Below the pieces are notes generated by a model. That model did not search any database. It had not been told where the DNA came from and was given only the letters and a program-made list of their open reading frames with translations. DNA of 64,000 nt, from contig JAYKGZ010000107.1 in NCBI GenBank assembly GCA_035284925.1, positions 18,134 to 82,133 of the forward strand, given 5' to 3'. How positions within the stretch are numbered: position 1 is the stretch's first letter; each line of letters opens with the position of its first letter. This stretch comes from Cyanobacteriota bacterium. Lineage in GTDB: Bacteria; Cyanobacteriota; Cyanobacteriia; PCC-6307; Cyanobiaceae. Both the position numbers and the translations under genes were made by a program. This document shows, in pieces, positions 1-9,563 of this stretch.

Positions 1-302
1 ACCAGGGCGACCTGATCGGTCGAAAGCCCAAGCAGAACCGGCCCTAATTGCGAAGTCTGTTCCAGTTCGATGGTGGTCCATCCAGGAGGACGGCGCCCTC
101 GGTGCCTCCGGAGTCTCTCCTGCCAGGCATCATCGTGAGGAAGGGCAGGGCCTGTCGCAACGTAGACGACATCAAGCTGACTGAGCATGGCGAGCTGCTC
201 AGCCCAGCGACTCTTGCCACTGCGGGCCGGACCGAGCACCAGCTGGAGGGCTGGGTGGGGTAAACAATCCTGGTCGGGGTTGGTCGGGGGATCAGCCACC
301 AC
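1..302 (-). CDS. cobU: adenosylcobinamide kinase / adenosylcobinamide-phosphate guanylyltransferase (CobU/CobP), 5' part only; gene runs off the left edge
   Basis: Absent from the ORF track because it is truncated. My minus-strand translation of 1-260 reads ...PALQLVLGPARSGKSRWAEQLAMLSQLDVVYVATGPALPHDDAWQERLRRHRGRRPPGWTTIELEQ... This is a P-loop G-x4-GKS followed by the W..R...H...RP..W.T.E pattern of CobU/CobP. An in-frame TGA lies at 306-308. The first starts are GTG 302 and 299, so the start is uncertain. Confidence 0.7.
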   Translation of the reverse strand, partial: MVADPPTNPDQDCLPHPALQLVLGPARSGKSRWAEQLAMLSQLDVVYVATGPALPHDDAWQERLRRHRGRRPPGWTTIELEQTSQLGPVLLGLSTDQVAL

Positions 303-1437
303 CGTTCATGTTGCGCAGGGTGGCAACAGAGGAAGGCGACACCCGATTGAGATAGCGGAAGATCCAATATTTGAAGATGGTGGCAAGCACCACAGGAAAT
401 GTGGCGATGAACAACATGATGAAGTTTTCCCGTGCTGGGATCCCCAGATGATTAGCAATGCCATCCAAGAGGACAGTCCAGCCTTCAGGACTATGAAAAC
501 CGACGAAGATATCAGTAAATAGAATGATCGTGAATGCCTTGGCGCTGTCGCTCAGTCCGTAAATCAACTCGTCCAGAAACCCACGCAAGACCTGAAGGTC
601 GCGTTGGCCGAAGATGCAGACGAGAACAAAGCCGATCAAGGCCCCGATATCAGAAAGCACATTTTTGATCGCTTTGGTGCTCTCGAGATCAGCATCGTCC
701 TTCAACTCTTTCGCCCGTTCTGCCAGACGAGCTTGCAGTTCTTCGCGGTTTGGCAGGGTTTCGCCCTTGAGCAGTGCATCGAACTCGATTTCGGCCTGAT
801 ACACCCGCAGTTTTTCGACGGCCTTCTCCTCAAGATGTGGTTTCGGATAGGTCAGAAAGGCACTCTCCTGGGAGTACCGGTCAACGAGAGGTGAAACGAT
901 GTAGGTGCGGGTCACCTGCTGCATCAGCACCGGAACAAGCACCAGGAGCAACAGCACCCTCAGAGAAACCAGGGTGGAGTCTCTGCGGCGCCGGAATCCT
1001 GCAACGATGTTGGCTTCCGCCTCGGGATCCAGTTGACGCCGAACCTGATCCATCACCCCGAGAAGGCTGCGGGGCAACACCTCGGGGGAGCGGCTGATTG
1101 ATGGCAAGGAACGTCTGTTGGTGTCGTAGCGGGCCACCACCGCTTCGATGAGCTGAAGCTGCCTGAGCTCCTGACCGGCTAGTTCAGCCCGATGGGCTTC
1201 GACGGTCTCGAGGGCCTCTCGACACACCGCCAGAGCGGCACGGAACCGGCGCAGAATCCGTGCCTGGGATGAACGGGGAATGCTCAGTTCCAGTTCAGGG
1301 CGGACCGGTCGGTCGTTGTAATGCTCGAGCTCGATGCTCTGAATCAGCAGGGCCGATTCGTAACCCCGCTCAAGATCGTGGCTGACATCAAGAACCTGGG
1401 CACGGCCGAAGGTTCCCATCCAGTCGAGGATTGCCAT
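292..1437 (-). CDS. pxcA: proton extrusion protein PxcA / CemA-family envelope membrane protein
   Basis: 381-aa ORF with ATG at 1437. It has a long charged N-terminal region. The polytopic C-terminal domain ends ...FIATFPVVLATIFKYWIFRYLNRVSPSSVATLRNMN, the characteristic CemA/Ycf10/PxcA tail. Confidence 0.8.
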   Translation of the reverse strand: MAILDWMGTFGRAQVLDVSHDLERGYESALLIQSIELEHYNDRPVRPELELSIPRSSQARILRRFRAALAVCREALETVEAHRAELAGQELRQLQLIEAVVARYDTNRRSLPSISRSPEVLPRSLLGVMDQVRRQLDPEAEANIVAGFRRRRDSTLVSLRVLLLLVLVPVLMQQVTRTYIVSPLVDRYSQESAFLTYPKPHLEEKAVEKLRVYQAEIEFDALLKGETLPNREELQARLAERAKELKDDADLESTKAIKNVLSDIGALIGFVLVCIFGQRDLQVLRGFLDELIYGLSDSAKAFTIILFTDIFVGFHSPEGWTVLLDGIANHLGIPARENFIMLFIATFPVVLATIFKYWIFRYLNRVSPSSVATLRNMNGGG

Positions 1438-1444
1438 CAGCCAT

Positions 1445-2140
1445 TCAGCGGGAGAAGATCCACCAGGTGAGCATCGGCACCAGGGTACCGACCACCAGCA
1501 ACACCACCACCCAGGTGAAGGCGTTGCTGGATTCTGTCTGTTCTCGGGTCGGGACGTTGATCCGAGGGCTCACGGCTTCGGTGATCACGGGTTCTCCTGG
1601 ATCTTCACGTCCTTCCAGCACAAGACGGAGCCTGGAGATGCCATCCAGGCTCGCCTGGCGGTAGCGAGCACCATCACGAAGGGCTGAGGCCATGGTGGTT
1701 CTGGCTGTGCTGCGCAGAAGCTCGGGATCCAGTTCAGAGGCAAGATTCGGTGTCGCCACGATCGAAGCGTTGCCTTTCTGAGCATCGATCAGAAACAGAA
1801 GAAGGTTCACGTCGGATTGCCCTGCAGACCATCGCTTGAGCAGTTCCTCTCCCAACTGGCTGAGTCCAAGGCCGTAATCCAGCCGGGACACCGTGACAAG
1901 TCGTGCATCCACGTGATCCTCCGCCAGCTGATCCAGGGATCGGCTCACCTCAGCTGCGGCAGATCGGCTGAACACTCCAGCCGGATCGATCAGGCGCTCA
2001 TGCGGGAGGGTTGGTGAGTAATCAACCGCCGATGCCGCCAGCGCCTGGCCTGGCCCCCACAGAACCATCAGGCTGAGGAGCACAAGCGCAACGGCCCAGA
2101 AGCCTGAGGTTCGCCGGGGAGTGCGGGCTGCAGCAGCCAA
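1445..2140 (-). CDS. TPM-domain protein (TLP18.3/Psb32-like, thylakoid lumen)
   Basis: 231 aa with a TTG start. It has a signal-like N-terminus (RRTSGFWAVALVLLSLMVLWGPGQALA). The TPM-type core reads IDPAGVFSRSAAAEV...ARLVTVSRLDYGL...LLLFLIDAQ. There is a C-terminal TM helix (FTWVVVLLVVGTLVPMLTWWIF). Confidence 0.6.
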   Translation of the reverse strand: MAAAARTPRRTSGFWAVALVLLSLMVLWGPGQALAASAVDYSPTLPHERLIDPAGVFSRSAAAEVSRSLDQLAEDHVDARLVTVSRLDYGLGLSQLGEELLKRWSAGQSDVNLLLFLIDAQKGNASIVATPNLASELDPELLRSTARTTMASALRDGARYRQASLDGISRLRLVLEGREDPGEPVITEAVSPRINVPTREQTESSNAFTWVVVLLVVGTLVPMLTWWIFSR

Positions 2141-2194
2141 GGGTCCAACGCAGAGTCAGCCCTAGTTTGCCGCCTGAACCCAACCCTGTCGCTC

Positions 2195-2893
2195 GTGCTG
2201 TCATCCTGGCCTTCGAGGATTGCCCTGGGTGTCGGGATCGGCGCCCTCGCCCTGGTTGTGCTGAACCAGTGGCTGGCTCCGGAGGTCACGCCATCTCTGG
2301 AGCGGGCCGATGTGCTGGCCAGTGTGCTGGCCGTGGGGTTGATGCTGGTGGCTGTGCTCTGGACCCGTGCGGTGCCGGAAGCGCGGGTGCGGGTGCCGCT
2401 TGAGGGAGAGCAGGGCCTCGAGCTTGCACCTGATCTTCCGGCCAACCTCTGCGAGGAACTGGGCTGGGGCAGCCGGATGTTTCTCACCGCAACCCCGGCC
2501 GCCACGATGTTGGTGATCTGGGATGGAAGCACCCTGCTGCGGCGTGGATTGCTCGGATCCGCAACGTTCAGCCCCGCTGCTCTCTGCCGTCTGGCTCACT
2601 CCAGGCAGGCCGCTGTTTCCCTGGTGGATCTCAACCTGTATCCGGGGCGAAGCGAATTTGATGGCCTGCTGCCGGGATTGCCCTCCGTGGTGGTCCAACC
2701 ACTGGGATCACGAGGCTGGGTGCTGCTGGGCGGCTGGAGTGTCCGCTGCTTCAGTCGCGCCGACCTTCAGTGGCTAGAGGGATGGGCTGCTCGGCTCACA
2801 GCCGGATTGGAGCGATTCTCTTCGCCCCCGATTCAGCCGACGAACCCTGATTCCCCTGGCGACGCTGGTTCTGAAGGCGGAGACGGGTGTTGA
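2195..2893 (+). CDS. conserved cyanobacterial membrane protein, probably CCB2/CCB4 (DUF2930) family
   Basis: 232 aa with a GTG start. Two N-terminal TM helices, then the LGSRGWVLLGGWSVRCFSRADLQWLEGWAARL pattern I associate with cofactor-assembly-of-complex-C subunit B homologues. The family name is from memory. Confidence 0.5.
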   Translation: MLSSWPSRIALGVGIGALALVVLNQWLAPEVTPSLERADVLASVLAVGLMLVAVLWTRAVPEARVRVPLEGEQGLELAPDLPANLCEELGWGSRMFLTATPAATMLVIWDGSTLLRRGLLGSATFSPAALCRLAHSRQAAVSLVDLNLYPGRSEFDGLLPGLPSVVVQPLGSRGWVLLGGWSVRCFSRADLQWLEGWAARLTAGLERFSSPPIQPTNPDSPGDAGSEGGDGC

Positions 2894-4040
2894 CCCGACT
2901 GCCGGGACTGGTGAACAGGGCCATGCCGTTGTTGCCCATGCGTCCGGTGAGACGGCCTGACTTGGTGACCTGATCGGAGGCCTGGCGCCGCAGTTCGACG
3001 GAGCCCTCTGCTTCGATGCCCTGGGTGGTCCAGTTCCATTGGCAGCGCTCGGCTGAGAGCGACTCGCCAGGCTGGCGAAGCCTGCAGCCCGGCTGGATCA
3101 CGACCAGCGTTTCGAGCTGGCGAAACACAAATCCCTCTCCATTGAGCTGGAGCCTGCCGAGCTGTCCCTTGAACGGCATCGGGGAAGAAGCTTCCTGGCG
3201 TGGGAGGTTCACAGAGGTTTCACCCGCCTCGAGCCAGGCCTTCGCTCCTCGATCCTCGAACCTGACGGGGCCGGCCAGAACGAGCTGCTGTTGAAGGGTG
3301 TTACCACGCAACGCCGGCGAGGTGAGCGTCTGGGGTGGCTGTCCTGGCCTCGGCGTGCGCATCCCCCGGATCGGCCCCTGGGCCTGGAGATCGCCACTGG
3401 CTGGGTACCAGTCCGCACTGGTGGCCTCAAGCACCAGGTCATTCCTGGCCCTCCCGTCCCGGTTGGCGCCGGCCTCGGTGATCCGTCGGATCTGGGGTTC
3501 CCCCCGCAATTCAAGCTTCTCTTTGTCGATCAGAAAAATCGCTCGCTGGGCACTGAGCTGGAGATCCCGCTCCGTTGCCACCGGTCGCTGATCCAGTTCC
3601 ATCACGCCCTTACGGGGATACCAGCGCACACGCTGGGCCTTGATGGCCAGGGGGTCGCGCCCCAGGCGTCTGAGGTTCACCTCACCCTCAAATTGAATCA
3701 GGGCCCCATCCCCCAGAACCACACCGCTTCTGGCACGGAGTTGATAGACGGGTTGCCCCTGGGCATAAAGAACGCCGCGAAGCTCACGGGCCTGGGCCAG
3801 CCTGCGGGTCATGTCGTAGCGAGCTTCGGGGCTGCTAAGAGTCCAGGCCGGCTTGCCCCGGGAGTCGTTCTGACTGAGCTGAAGGGAGCGGAACACAAAC
3901 GGAATCGCGGGCTCCTCCCTGGCCAGCTGCTCCTGACAGCCTGTGGCCCAGGGCAGCAACGCGAGCCCAGCCAGCAGGGCGAGGGCGCCCCCCGGGAAAG
4001 GTCGGTGCGCTCGAAGCCGTCTGGGCTCAGAGCGCGGCAT
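2796..4040 (-). CDS. LptC-related / OstA-like periplasmic LPS-transport lipoprotein
   Basis: 414 aa with ATG at 4040. Lipobox LLPWATGC. LptC-like beta-jellyroll repeats (FVFRSLQLSQNDSRGKPAWTLSSPEARYD...LRGVLYAQGQPVYQLRARSGVV..DGALIQFEGEV). The start overlaps the metG stop by 14 nt. Confidence 0.55.
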   Translation of the reverse strand: MPRSEPRRLRAHRPFPGGALALLAGLALLPWATGCQEQLAREEPAIPFVFRSLQLSQNDSRGKPAWTLSSPEARYDMTRRLAQARELRGVLYAQGQPVYQLRARSGVVLGDGALIQFEGEVNLRRLGRDPLAIKAQRVRWYPRKGVMELDQRPVATERDLQLSAQRAIFLIDKEKLELRGEPQIRRITEAGANRDGRARNDLVLEATSADWYPASGDLQAQGPIRGMRTPRPGQPPQTLTSPALRGNTLQQQLVLAGPVRFEDRGAKAWLEAGETSVNLPRQEASSPMPFKGQLGRLQLNGEGFVFRQLETLVVIQPGCRLRQPGESLSAERCQWNWTTQGIEAEGSVELRRQASDQVTKSGRLTGRMGNNGMALFTSPGSRVNTRLRLQNQRRQGNQGSSAESGAKRIAPIRL

Positions 4041-5568
4041 CGAGCTCCAGGCGTGCCATCACCGGTTGCGGTTCGGGAAGGGCCGTGCCGGGTTCCAGCC
4101 GTCCCCAGACGAGGTCATCAGGCCAGCGTGGTGCTGGATTCTGCGCCAGTTGACGGAGCATGCGGGCGGCGAGATCGGGCACGAGTGGCGCCAGAAGGCA
4201 CCCCACCAGTCGGGACGCTTCGAGGACCGCGTAGAGATCGGCCGCAACGGCCATCTCCTGACCAGGCTGTTTCATGGCTTTCCAGGGTGCCTGCTCGTTC
4301 AGGTAGCCATTGGCTTCCGTGGCCAGCTGGAGCGCTGCCTCGGCGGCTGCTCGAAAGTCAAGGCGATCCCAGGCCTGATGAGCCAGCTGGCAGGAACGCT
4401 CGGCGGCCCTGGCCAGGCTGTGTTCGGTGGATCGCGCCGCACCAGCCGGCGGAACCGCCTCGTCGTACCAGCGGCGGGCCATCGAGCTGGTGCGATTCAA
4501 CAGATTGCCGATGGTGTTCGCCAGATCGTTGTTCACCAGATCGGTGAACCGCTGTTGCTGGAAATCACCGTCATCGCCGAAAGGGATATCGCGCAGCAGA
4601 TACCAGCGCACGGCGTCGCGACCGCAACGCTCCAGCAGAACTTCCGGATCGAGCACATTGCCCAGAGATTTGCCCATTTTCTGGCCCTCGCGGGTGAGGA
4701 AGCCATGGCCGAATACGGCTTTCGGAGGAGGAAGGCCGGCGGAGAGCAACATCGCCGGCCAGTAGACCGCATGAAAGCGCAGGATGTCCTTGCCGATCAC
4801 ATGCAGATTGGCTGGCCAGCCTCGTTCCTGAAGGATGGCCAGCGAGGGTTCATCGTCCGGTTCCAGCAAGGCCGTGAGATAACCGAGCAGCGCGTCGAAC
4901 CAGACATAGAAGGTATGGCCCCCATGACCGGGCACTGGAATCCCCCAGGGGAGATCAACCCGGGAGATCGAGAAATCGCGCAGTCCCTGCGCCACAAAGT
5001 TCTCAACCTCACGGCGACGGGCCATCGGTTGGATGAATCCATCACGGCGGATCAGGGTTTCAATCGCCTGCTGGTAGCGGGACAGACGAAAAAACAGGTT
5101 CAGCTCGTCCCGCCATTCCAAAGGGCGGCAATGAATCGGGCACTCGGGATCCTGGGCTTCATGGGGATCATCCTTGAATTCCTCGCAGGCGACGCAATAC
5201 CAACCCTGCTGCCGTCCCTCCACAACATCCCCGTTGGCTTCCACGCGGGCGAAGAAAGCTTCCACGATCCGCCGATGGCGTGGGTCTGTGGTGCGGATGA
5301 AGCGATCGTTGCTGATCTGCCAGCGTTGCCACAGATCGCGGTAGGCCTCACTCACCAGATCGCAGTGGGTCTGGGGCGTGAGACCCGCTGTTTCAGCGGT
5401 GCGCTGGATTTTCTGGCCGTGTTCATCACAGCCGGTGATGAACACCACGGAATCTCCACAGAGCCGGCGGTGTCGGGCGATGGCGTCACAGGCAAGCGTG
5501 GTGTACGCGCTGCCGAGATGGGCCCGGTCGTTGACGTAGTAAAGAGGAGTGGTAAGGGTGTAGACCAT
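4027..5568 (-). CDS. metG: methionine--tRNA ligase
   Basis: Class I motifs HLGSAY (HIGH) and KMGKSLGN (KMSKS). The natural N-terminus is MVYTLTTPLYYVND at ATG 5568. The 38 upstream codons in the track ORF (to 5682) are Gly/Pro/Arg-rich and overlap the divergent gene. Confidence 0.93.
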   Translation of the reverse strand: MVYTLTTPLYYVNDRAHLGSAYTTLACDAIARHRRLCGDSVVFITGCDEHGQKIQRTAETAGLTPQTHCDLVSEAYRDLWQRWQISNDRFIRTTDPRHRRIVEAFFARVEANGDVVEGRQQGWYCVACEEFKDDPHEAQDPECPIHCRPLEWRDELNLFFRLSRYQQAIETLIRRDGFIQPMARRREVENFVAQGLRDFSISRVDLPWGIPVPGHGGHTFYVWFDALLGYLTALLEPDDEPSLAILQERGWPANLHVIGKDILRFHAVYWPAMLLSAGLPPPKAVFGHGFLTREGQKMGKSLGNVLDPEVLLERCGRDAVRWYLLRDIPFGDDGDFQQQRFTDLVNNDLANTIGNLLNRTSSMARRWYDEAVPPAGAARSTEHSLARAAERSCQLAHQAWDRLDFRAAAEAALQLATEANGYLNEQAPWKAMKQPGQEMAVAADLYAVLEASRLVGCLLAPLVPDLAARMLRQLAQNPAPRWPDDLVWGRLEPGTALPEPQPVMARLELDAAL

Positions 5569-5680
5569 CCGGTCTGAGCCAGGGCTTGGTGGGGGCGGGC
5601 GTGCTGCGCTGCGGGGCAGCCCTTCACCTGTACCGGATCTTACCCATCCCTTCCCTGCCGATCCCTTTGCTGCTGGAGCC

Positions 5681-7507
5681 ATGCATCAGAGCGAGCTGAT
5701 CCAGGTGCCGATTCTTGTCTGGGGCGGCGGCACCGGTGGTGTGGCTGCAGCGATCCAGGCCGCCCGATCAGGAGTGCAGACGCTGCTGCTGACCCCGGGG
5801 GGCTGGCTCGGGGGCATGGTGAGCGCGGCGGGGGTGTGCTGTCCCGATGGCAATGAACTCAGTCCCTGGCAGACGGGAATGTGGGGCGCCTTTCTGCGGG
5901 AGCTGGCGATTGCGGAGCCGGAGGGACTCGATCAGAACTGGGTGAGCTGCTTCGGCTACAGACCCTCCACCGCGGAGTCCCTGTTAAGGCGGTGGGTGGC
6001 ACAGGCATCCCAGCTCACCTGGTTGTCAAATGCGGATCTGCTCGGAGTGGAACGGCATGGCTCCAGGATCACGGCCGTGGAAGTGGAGCGCCTGGGCCGA
6101 TTGCTGCGGGTTGTGCCGCAGTTGTTGATCGACGGCAGTGACCGGGGCGACACCTTTCCCCTGGCGGAGGTGCCGTTCCGGTTCGGCTGGGAACCCCGCG
6201 AGCAATGGGGAGAACCCAGTGCCCCCCCGGCGGAACAGATCCAGCGCGATCCGTTCTTCCACACTCAGCCGGTGCAGTCCCCAACCTGGGTGGTGATGGG
6301 GCAGCTCACGGCTCCTCAGCCACCTCAAACACTCGCCGTACAGCCACCACAACCACTCCCGCCTCCGTTCGCGCACGCCACCGAGGCCTTCGGCGTTGAG
6401 CGCACAATCACCTACGGCAGGCTTCCGGGCGGGCTTGTGATGCTGAACTGGCCCTTGGGAGGTAACGACTGGCATTGGGATCTGGCGGCCCTGTTCCAGG
6501 GCGATCCGCAGCGACGGGAGGAAATCTGCCAATCCATGCAGCTCCATAGCCTGCGATTTGCTGCCGCGCTCGAGGAGATCTCGGAGGGCTGGCTGCAGCC
6601 GGCCAGCTGTTTCCCGCTGGCCAGCGCAGCCGAGTCCTCCCTGGCGGGCGCGGAAGCGCTGGCCCTGATGCCCTACTGGCGGGAGGGAAGACGCATCACG
6701 GGCGTCGCGCTGATCCGTGAACAGGATCTGTTGCCCGTTGCGTCCGGAGAATCCATTGCCTGGCCCGCCAGGGGGGAAACCGGTGCCTTCAGCTCCGTAG
6801 CCGTGGGTAACTATGCCAATGATCACCATTACCCCGGGGCGGACTGGCCGTTGGCGCCGAAGAGCTGCCGATGGGGCGGTCGCTGGAGCGGGACTCCCTT
6901 CACCATTCCCTACGGCGCTCTGTTCAGCTCAGAGCTGGATAACCTCCTAGCCGCTGACAAGGGCATCAGCAGTTCGCACATGGCCAATGGGGCGACAAGG
7001 TTGCAGCCCCTTGTTCTCAACATCGGCCAGGCGGCTGGTGCCGCCGCTGCTCTCTGTGTTCAACGGGGGTGTCTTCCGGCTGAATTGCCTGTGAGCGTTC
7101 TGCAGGAGGCCCTGATCAGTGATCCCCTGGCTCCTGCGGCCCCCTTCCCCCTCTGGGATACCCCCTGGCATCATCCCGAATGGGCGCAGCGGCAGCGGAT
7201 GGTCCTCCATTCCCCCGAGCTGCTCAACGTGCGGGGATCCCTCGAGGGCCAACCGGCGTTGCTCGATCCCGGCTCGGCTCCCGGGGAGCCTGGAGAACGA
7301 CTCTGGGAGGGAATCCTTCGACAGCAGGCTGACGGAACCTATCGACTCGCCCTGCACGACCATCCGATGGAATGGCCGGTGATCACGCTGGAGCCTGCCC
7401 TCCATCGCTGGCTCCTGGAGCAGCATCATCCCCGCCCGGTTGCGATGATCGGTTGTCTCAATCCCTGGGGGCCCTGGCTGAGGGCTTCACGCCTCTGCCA
7501 GAGGTGA
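5681..7507 (+). CDS. FAD-dependent oxidoreductase (PF12831-like)
   Basis: 608 aa. N-terminal dinucleotide-binding fold ILVWGGGTGGVAAAIQAARSGVQTLLL..GGWLGGM. Function unknown. Confidence 0.6.
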   Translation: MHQSELIQVPILVWGGGTGGVAAAIQAARSGVQTLLLTPGGWLGGMVSAAGVCCPDGNELSPWQTGMWGAFLRELAIAEPEGLDQNWVSCFGYRPSTAESLLRRWVAQASQLTWLSNADLLGVERHGSRITAVEVERLGRLLRVVPQLLIDGSDRGDTFPLAEVPFRFGWEPREQWGEPSAPPAEQIQRDPFFHTQPVQSPTWVVMGQLTAPQPPQTLAVQPPQPLPPPFAHATEAFGVERTITYGRLPGGLVMLNWPLGGNDWHWDLAALFQGDPQRREEICQSMQLHSLRFAAALEEISEGWLQPASCFPLASAAESSLAGAEALALMPYWREGRRITGVALIREQDLLPVASGESIAWPARGETGAFSSVAVGNYANDHHYPGADWPLAPKSCRWGGRWSGTPFTIPYGALFSSELDNLLAADKGISSSHMANGATRLQPLVLNIGQAAGAAAALCVQRGCLPAELPVSVLQEALISDPLAPAAPFPLWDTPWHHPEWAQRQRMVLHSPELLNVRGSLEGQPALLDPGSAPGEPGERLWEGILRQQADGTYRLALHDHPMEWPVITLEPALHRWLLEQHHPRPVAMIGCLNPWGPWLRASRLCQR

Positions 7508-7520
7508 TCCCCCGGCGGGG

Positions 7521-9521
7521 TCAGCCGATCGAGCAGATCAGCCGCAGCTGGTCACGCAGATCATCAATCTGATGAACCCTTAACAACACAAACTCGCCGG
7601 GGTTGAGGCCCCTCGGGCATTCAGCCGCCAGGTCCATGGCCAGATCCTCAACCCAGATCAACCCAAGGTTGTCCTGTGGCCGGAGCCAGCGCAGGAACTG
7701 CCCGCGCCACTGACCGACACGCTGGGTTTCAAACCAAACCTGCAACCAGTGACGCTGATCCTCGCGGCCGATGGTGATCCCCTCGCGCACAGCGGTATCG
7801 AGGTTCTGAAGCTGGTGCTCCAGCTCTGCTTCGGTCATGGGTTGGGCGCCGCTTAGATGGGCATTGATCTGGCGCTGAACCACAAGGTCTCCATAGCGGC
7901 GGATAGGAGACGTGGCCTGCACGTAGGCGGTAACACCGAGGCTGAAATGGGCCGCTGGTCGAAAGCCCGTGAGTCCCCTGCTCAGGCAACGCTTGATCGC
8001 CGCGAACCGGACTGGTCCATCGGGCAGGCCCGCAAGTTCCTGAGGTGTTGGCAGCTGGGCAGGCAGCTGGCTGCGGTACGGGAGGGGCAGATCATGAGCC
8101 TGGCCGTAGCTGGCGGCCACACAACCGGTGAGGATCATGGCCTCAGCCACAAGCCGGCGCGCAGGGCCAGGTTCGGTGATCTCGAGGCATGGCGCACCAT
8201 CCCGGCAACGGATCCGCCCCTCCGGGAGGTCCATCACCAGGGCACCGCGCTGCAGGCGCCAGCGGTGACGCCTCTGAAGAAGGGTATGGAGTTCCGCAAG
8301 GTCGGGGTCTTCCGGTGGGGCCAGTTCAATCAGCTCGTCGGCATCGCGGTAGGACAGCCGATAACGCACCTTCACCCAACTGCGATGGACTCCAAAGCAG
8401 GAGACTCCACCTTCGCCGTCTAGTTCAACCCAGACACTCCAGGCTGCGGTGCGCACCCCCTGGCGCAGGCTGAATGGCCCCGTGGAGAGGTCGTGGGGGA
8501 ACATCGGCAGAACCCCCCGGGCCAGGTAGAGACTCGATCCACGTCTTCGAGCCTCCAGATCCAGTGGTGAGTCGACGGCCACCAGTCGGCCCGGATCGGC
8601 CACATGGATCCAGATCCGGGCCCGTCCGTCCGGAAACCTTTCGATGGCGAGCCCGTCATCGAGGTCAAGCGTGTCGTCGTCATCGATGGTGACGATCCGT
8701 TGCCCACAGAGATCGAGGCGACTCTCATCGCTGGGATGGGGTTGGTCGGCCTGGGCATGAAGCCTGGCCGCTTCCTCCAGGAGCTGGGGGGGAAACCCCT
8801 CTCTCCAGCTGCTCTGGTTGAGTGACAGCAACTGGTGCCGGTCCCACTGGCCGAGATCCGCCAGCAGGTGACGCACGTCGCCGCGGTCAAATCCCAGGTG
8901 CAGGGAGACCAGGCTCTGGTGCAGAGCGGGATCCAGTTGCCGGGGCTCCAGGTGTCCTGCAGCCAGATGTTGAAGCTGATGCAGTCGATCCCGCTGCTCA
9001 GGCGTGAGCTGAGAGAGCTCCAGAGGTTGCCGCCGTTTCAACAGCACCAGCCAGTCGCGTTCACGCCCCTCCTGGAGCTGGCGCCTGCGCCGATCCCGAC
9101 GCTGGGCCCGCAGCTCCGCCGTCGGGCGCGCGCTGATCCCTGCCGGTCGGATCCTGAACATCGACGCAGGGCTGACAACCTCCAGCCAACAGGCGGCCCG
9201 CTGGATCGGTTGATCAGAGCCGTAGACCAGCTCGGTGAATTCAGGCAGCGTGATTGAGGTCTGAGCTTCGAGCAGCAGCTGCCAGGCCGCTCCCCAGGCC
9301 CGGCGGGGTGGGGCGGCCTGACTGAGTCGATCGGGGGTCAGGTTCCACGGTGGAGCCTCTAGATGGGGAGCTGGTTCATGCCCAGCCGGAAGGGCCATCA
9401 GGAGGGTGGCCAGCCGCTGAGGCAGCACCGACTGTCTGGCTTCAAAGCCGAGCCGCAGCCTGAGCCTGCTTCCCTGGGAGGATTCAACAACGGCCAGGAG
9501 GGGTCCGCGTGCATCGAGCAC
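7521..9521 (-). CDS. rnb: RNase II/R-family 3'-5' exoribonuclease
   Basis: 666 aa. RNB catalytic motif IVTIDDDDTLDLDDGLAIE, with a C-terminal S1-like region. It lies directly downstream of rpsR. The start is uncertain (see findings). Confidence 0.85.
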   Translation of the reverse strand: MLDARGPLLAVVESSQGSRLRLRLGFEARQSVLPQRLATLLMALPAGHEPAPHLEAPPWNLTPDRLSQAAPPRRAWGAAWQLLLEAQTSITLPEFTELVYGSDQPIQRAACWLEVVSPASMFRIRPAGISARPTAELRAQRRDRRRRQLQEGRERDWLVLLKRRQPLELSQLTPEQRDRLHQLQHLAAGHLEPRQLDPALHQSLVSLHLGFDRGDVRHLLADLGQWDRHQLLSLNQSSWREGFPPQLLEEAARLHAQADQPHPSDESRLDLCGQRIVTIDDDDTLDLDDGLAIERFPDGRARIWIHVADPGRLVAVDSPLDLEARRRGSSLYLARGVLPMFPHDLSTGPFSLRQGVRTAAWSVWVELDGEGGVSCFGVHRSWVKVRYRLSYRDADELIELAPPEDPDLAELHTLLQRRHRWRLQRGALVMDLPEGRIRCRDGAPCLEITEPGPARRLVAEAMILTGCVAASYGQAHDLPLPYRSQLPAQLPTPQELAGLPDGPVRFAAIKRCLSRGLTGFRPAAHFSLGVTAYVQATSPIRRYGDLVVQRQINAHLSGAQPMTEAELEHQLQNLDTAVREGITIGREDQRHWLQVWFETQRVGQWRGQFLRWLRPQDNLGLIWVEDLAMDLAAECPRGLNPGEFVLLRVHQIDDLRDQLRLICSIG

Positions 9522-9563
9522 GCCGACCAGATCTCCGTCGCGGAATACCGCAGCGGCCAGAAC

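Noticed and set aside
3291-5577. Very long plus-strand ORFs (3291-4547, 418 aa; 3943-5577, 544 aa) antisense to the LptC-like gene and metG.
   Set aside because: They are Arg/Pro/Gly-rich shadow ORFs, typical of the antisense strand of high-GC3 genes. They match no family, while the sense-strand products carry clear class I aaRS motifs.
5569-5682. N-terminal over-extensions of track ORFs: metG by 38 codons, ilvE by 24, cobN by 52, argC by 29, the sigma factor by 21, and DUF1995 by 24.
   Set aside because: The extensions are low-complexity. They overlap neighbouring genes or divergent promoters, and family-typical N-termini begin at internal ATGs.
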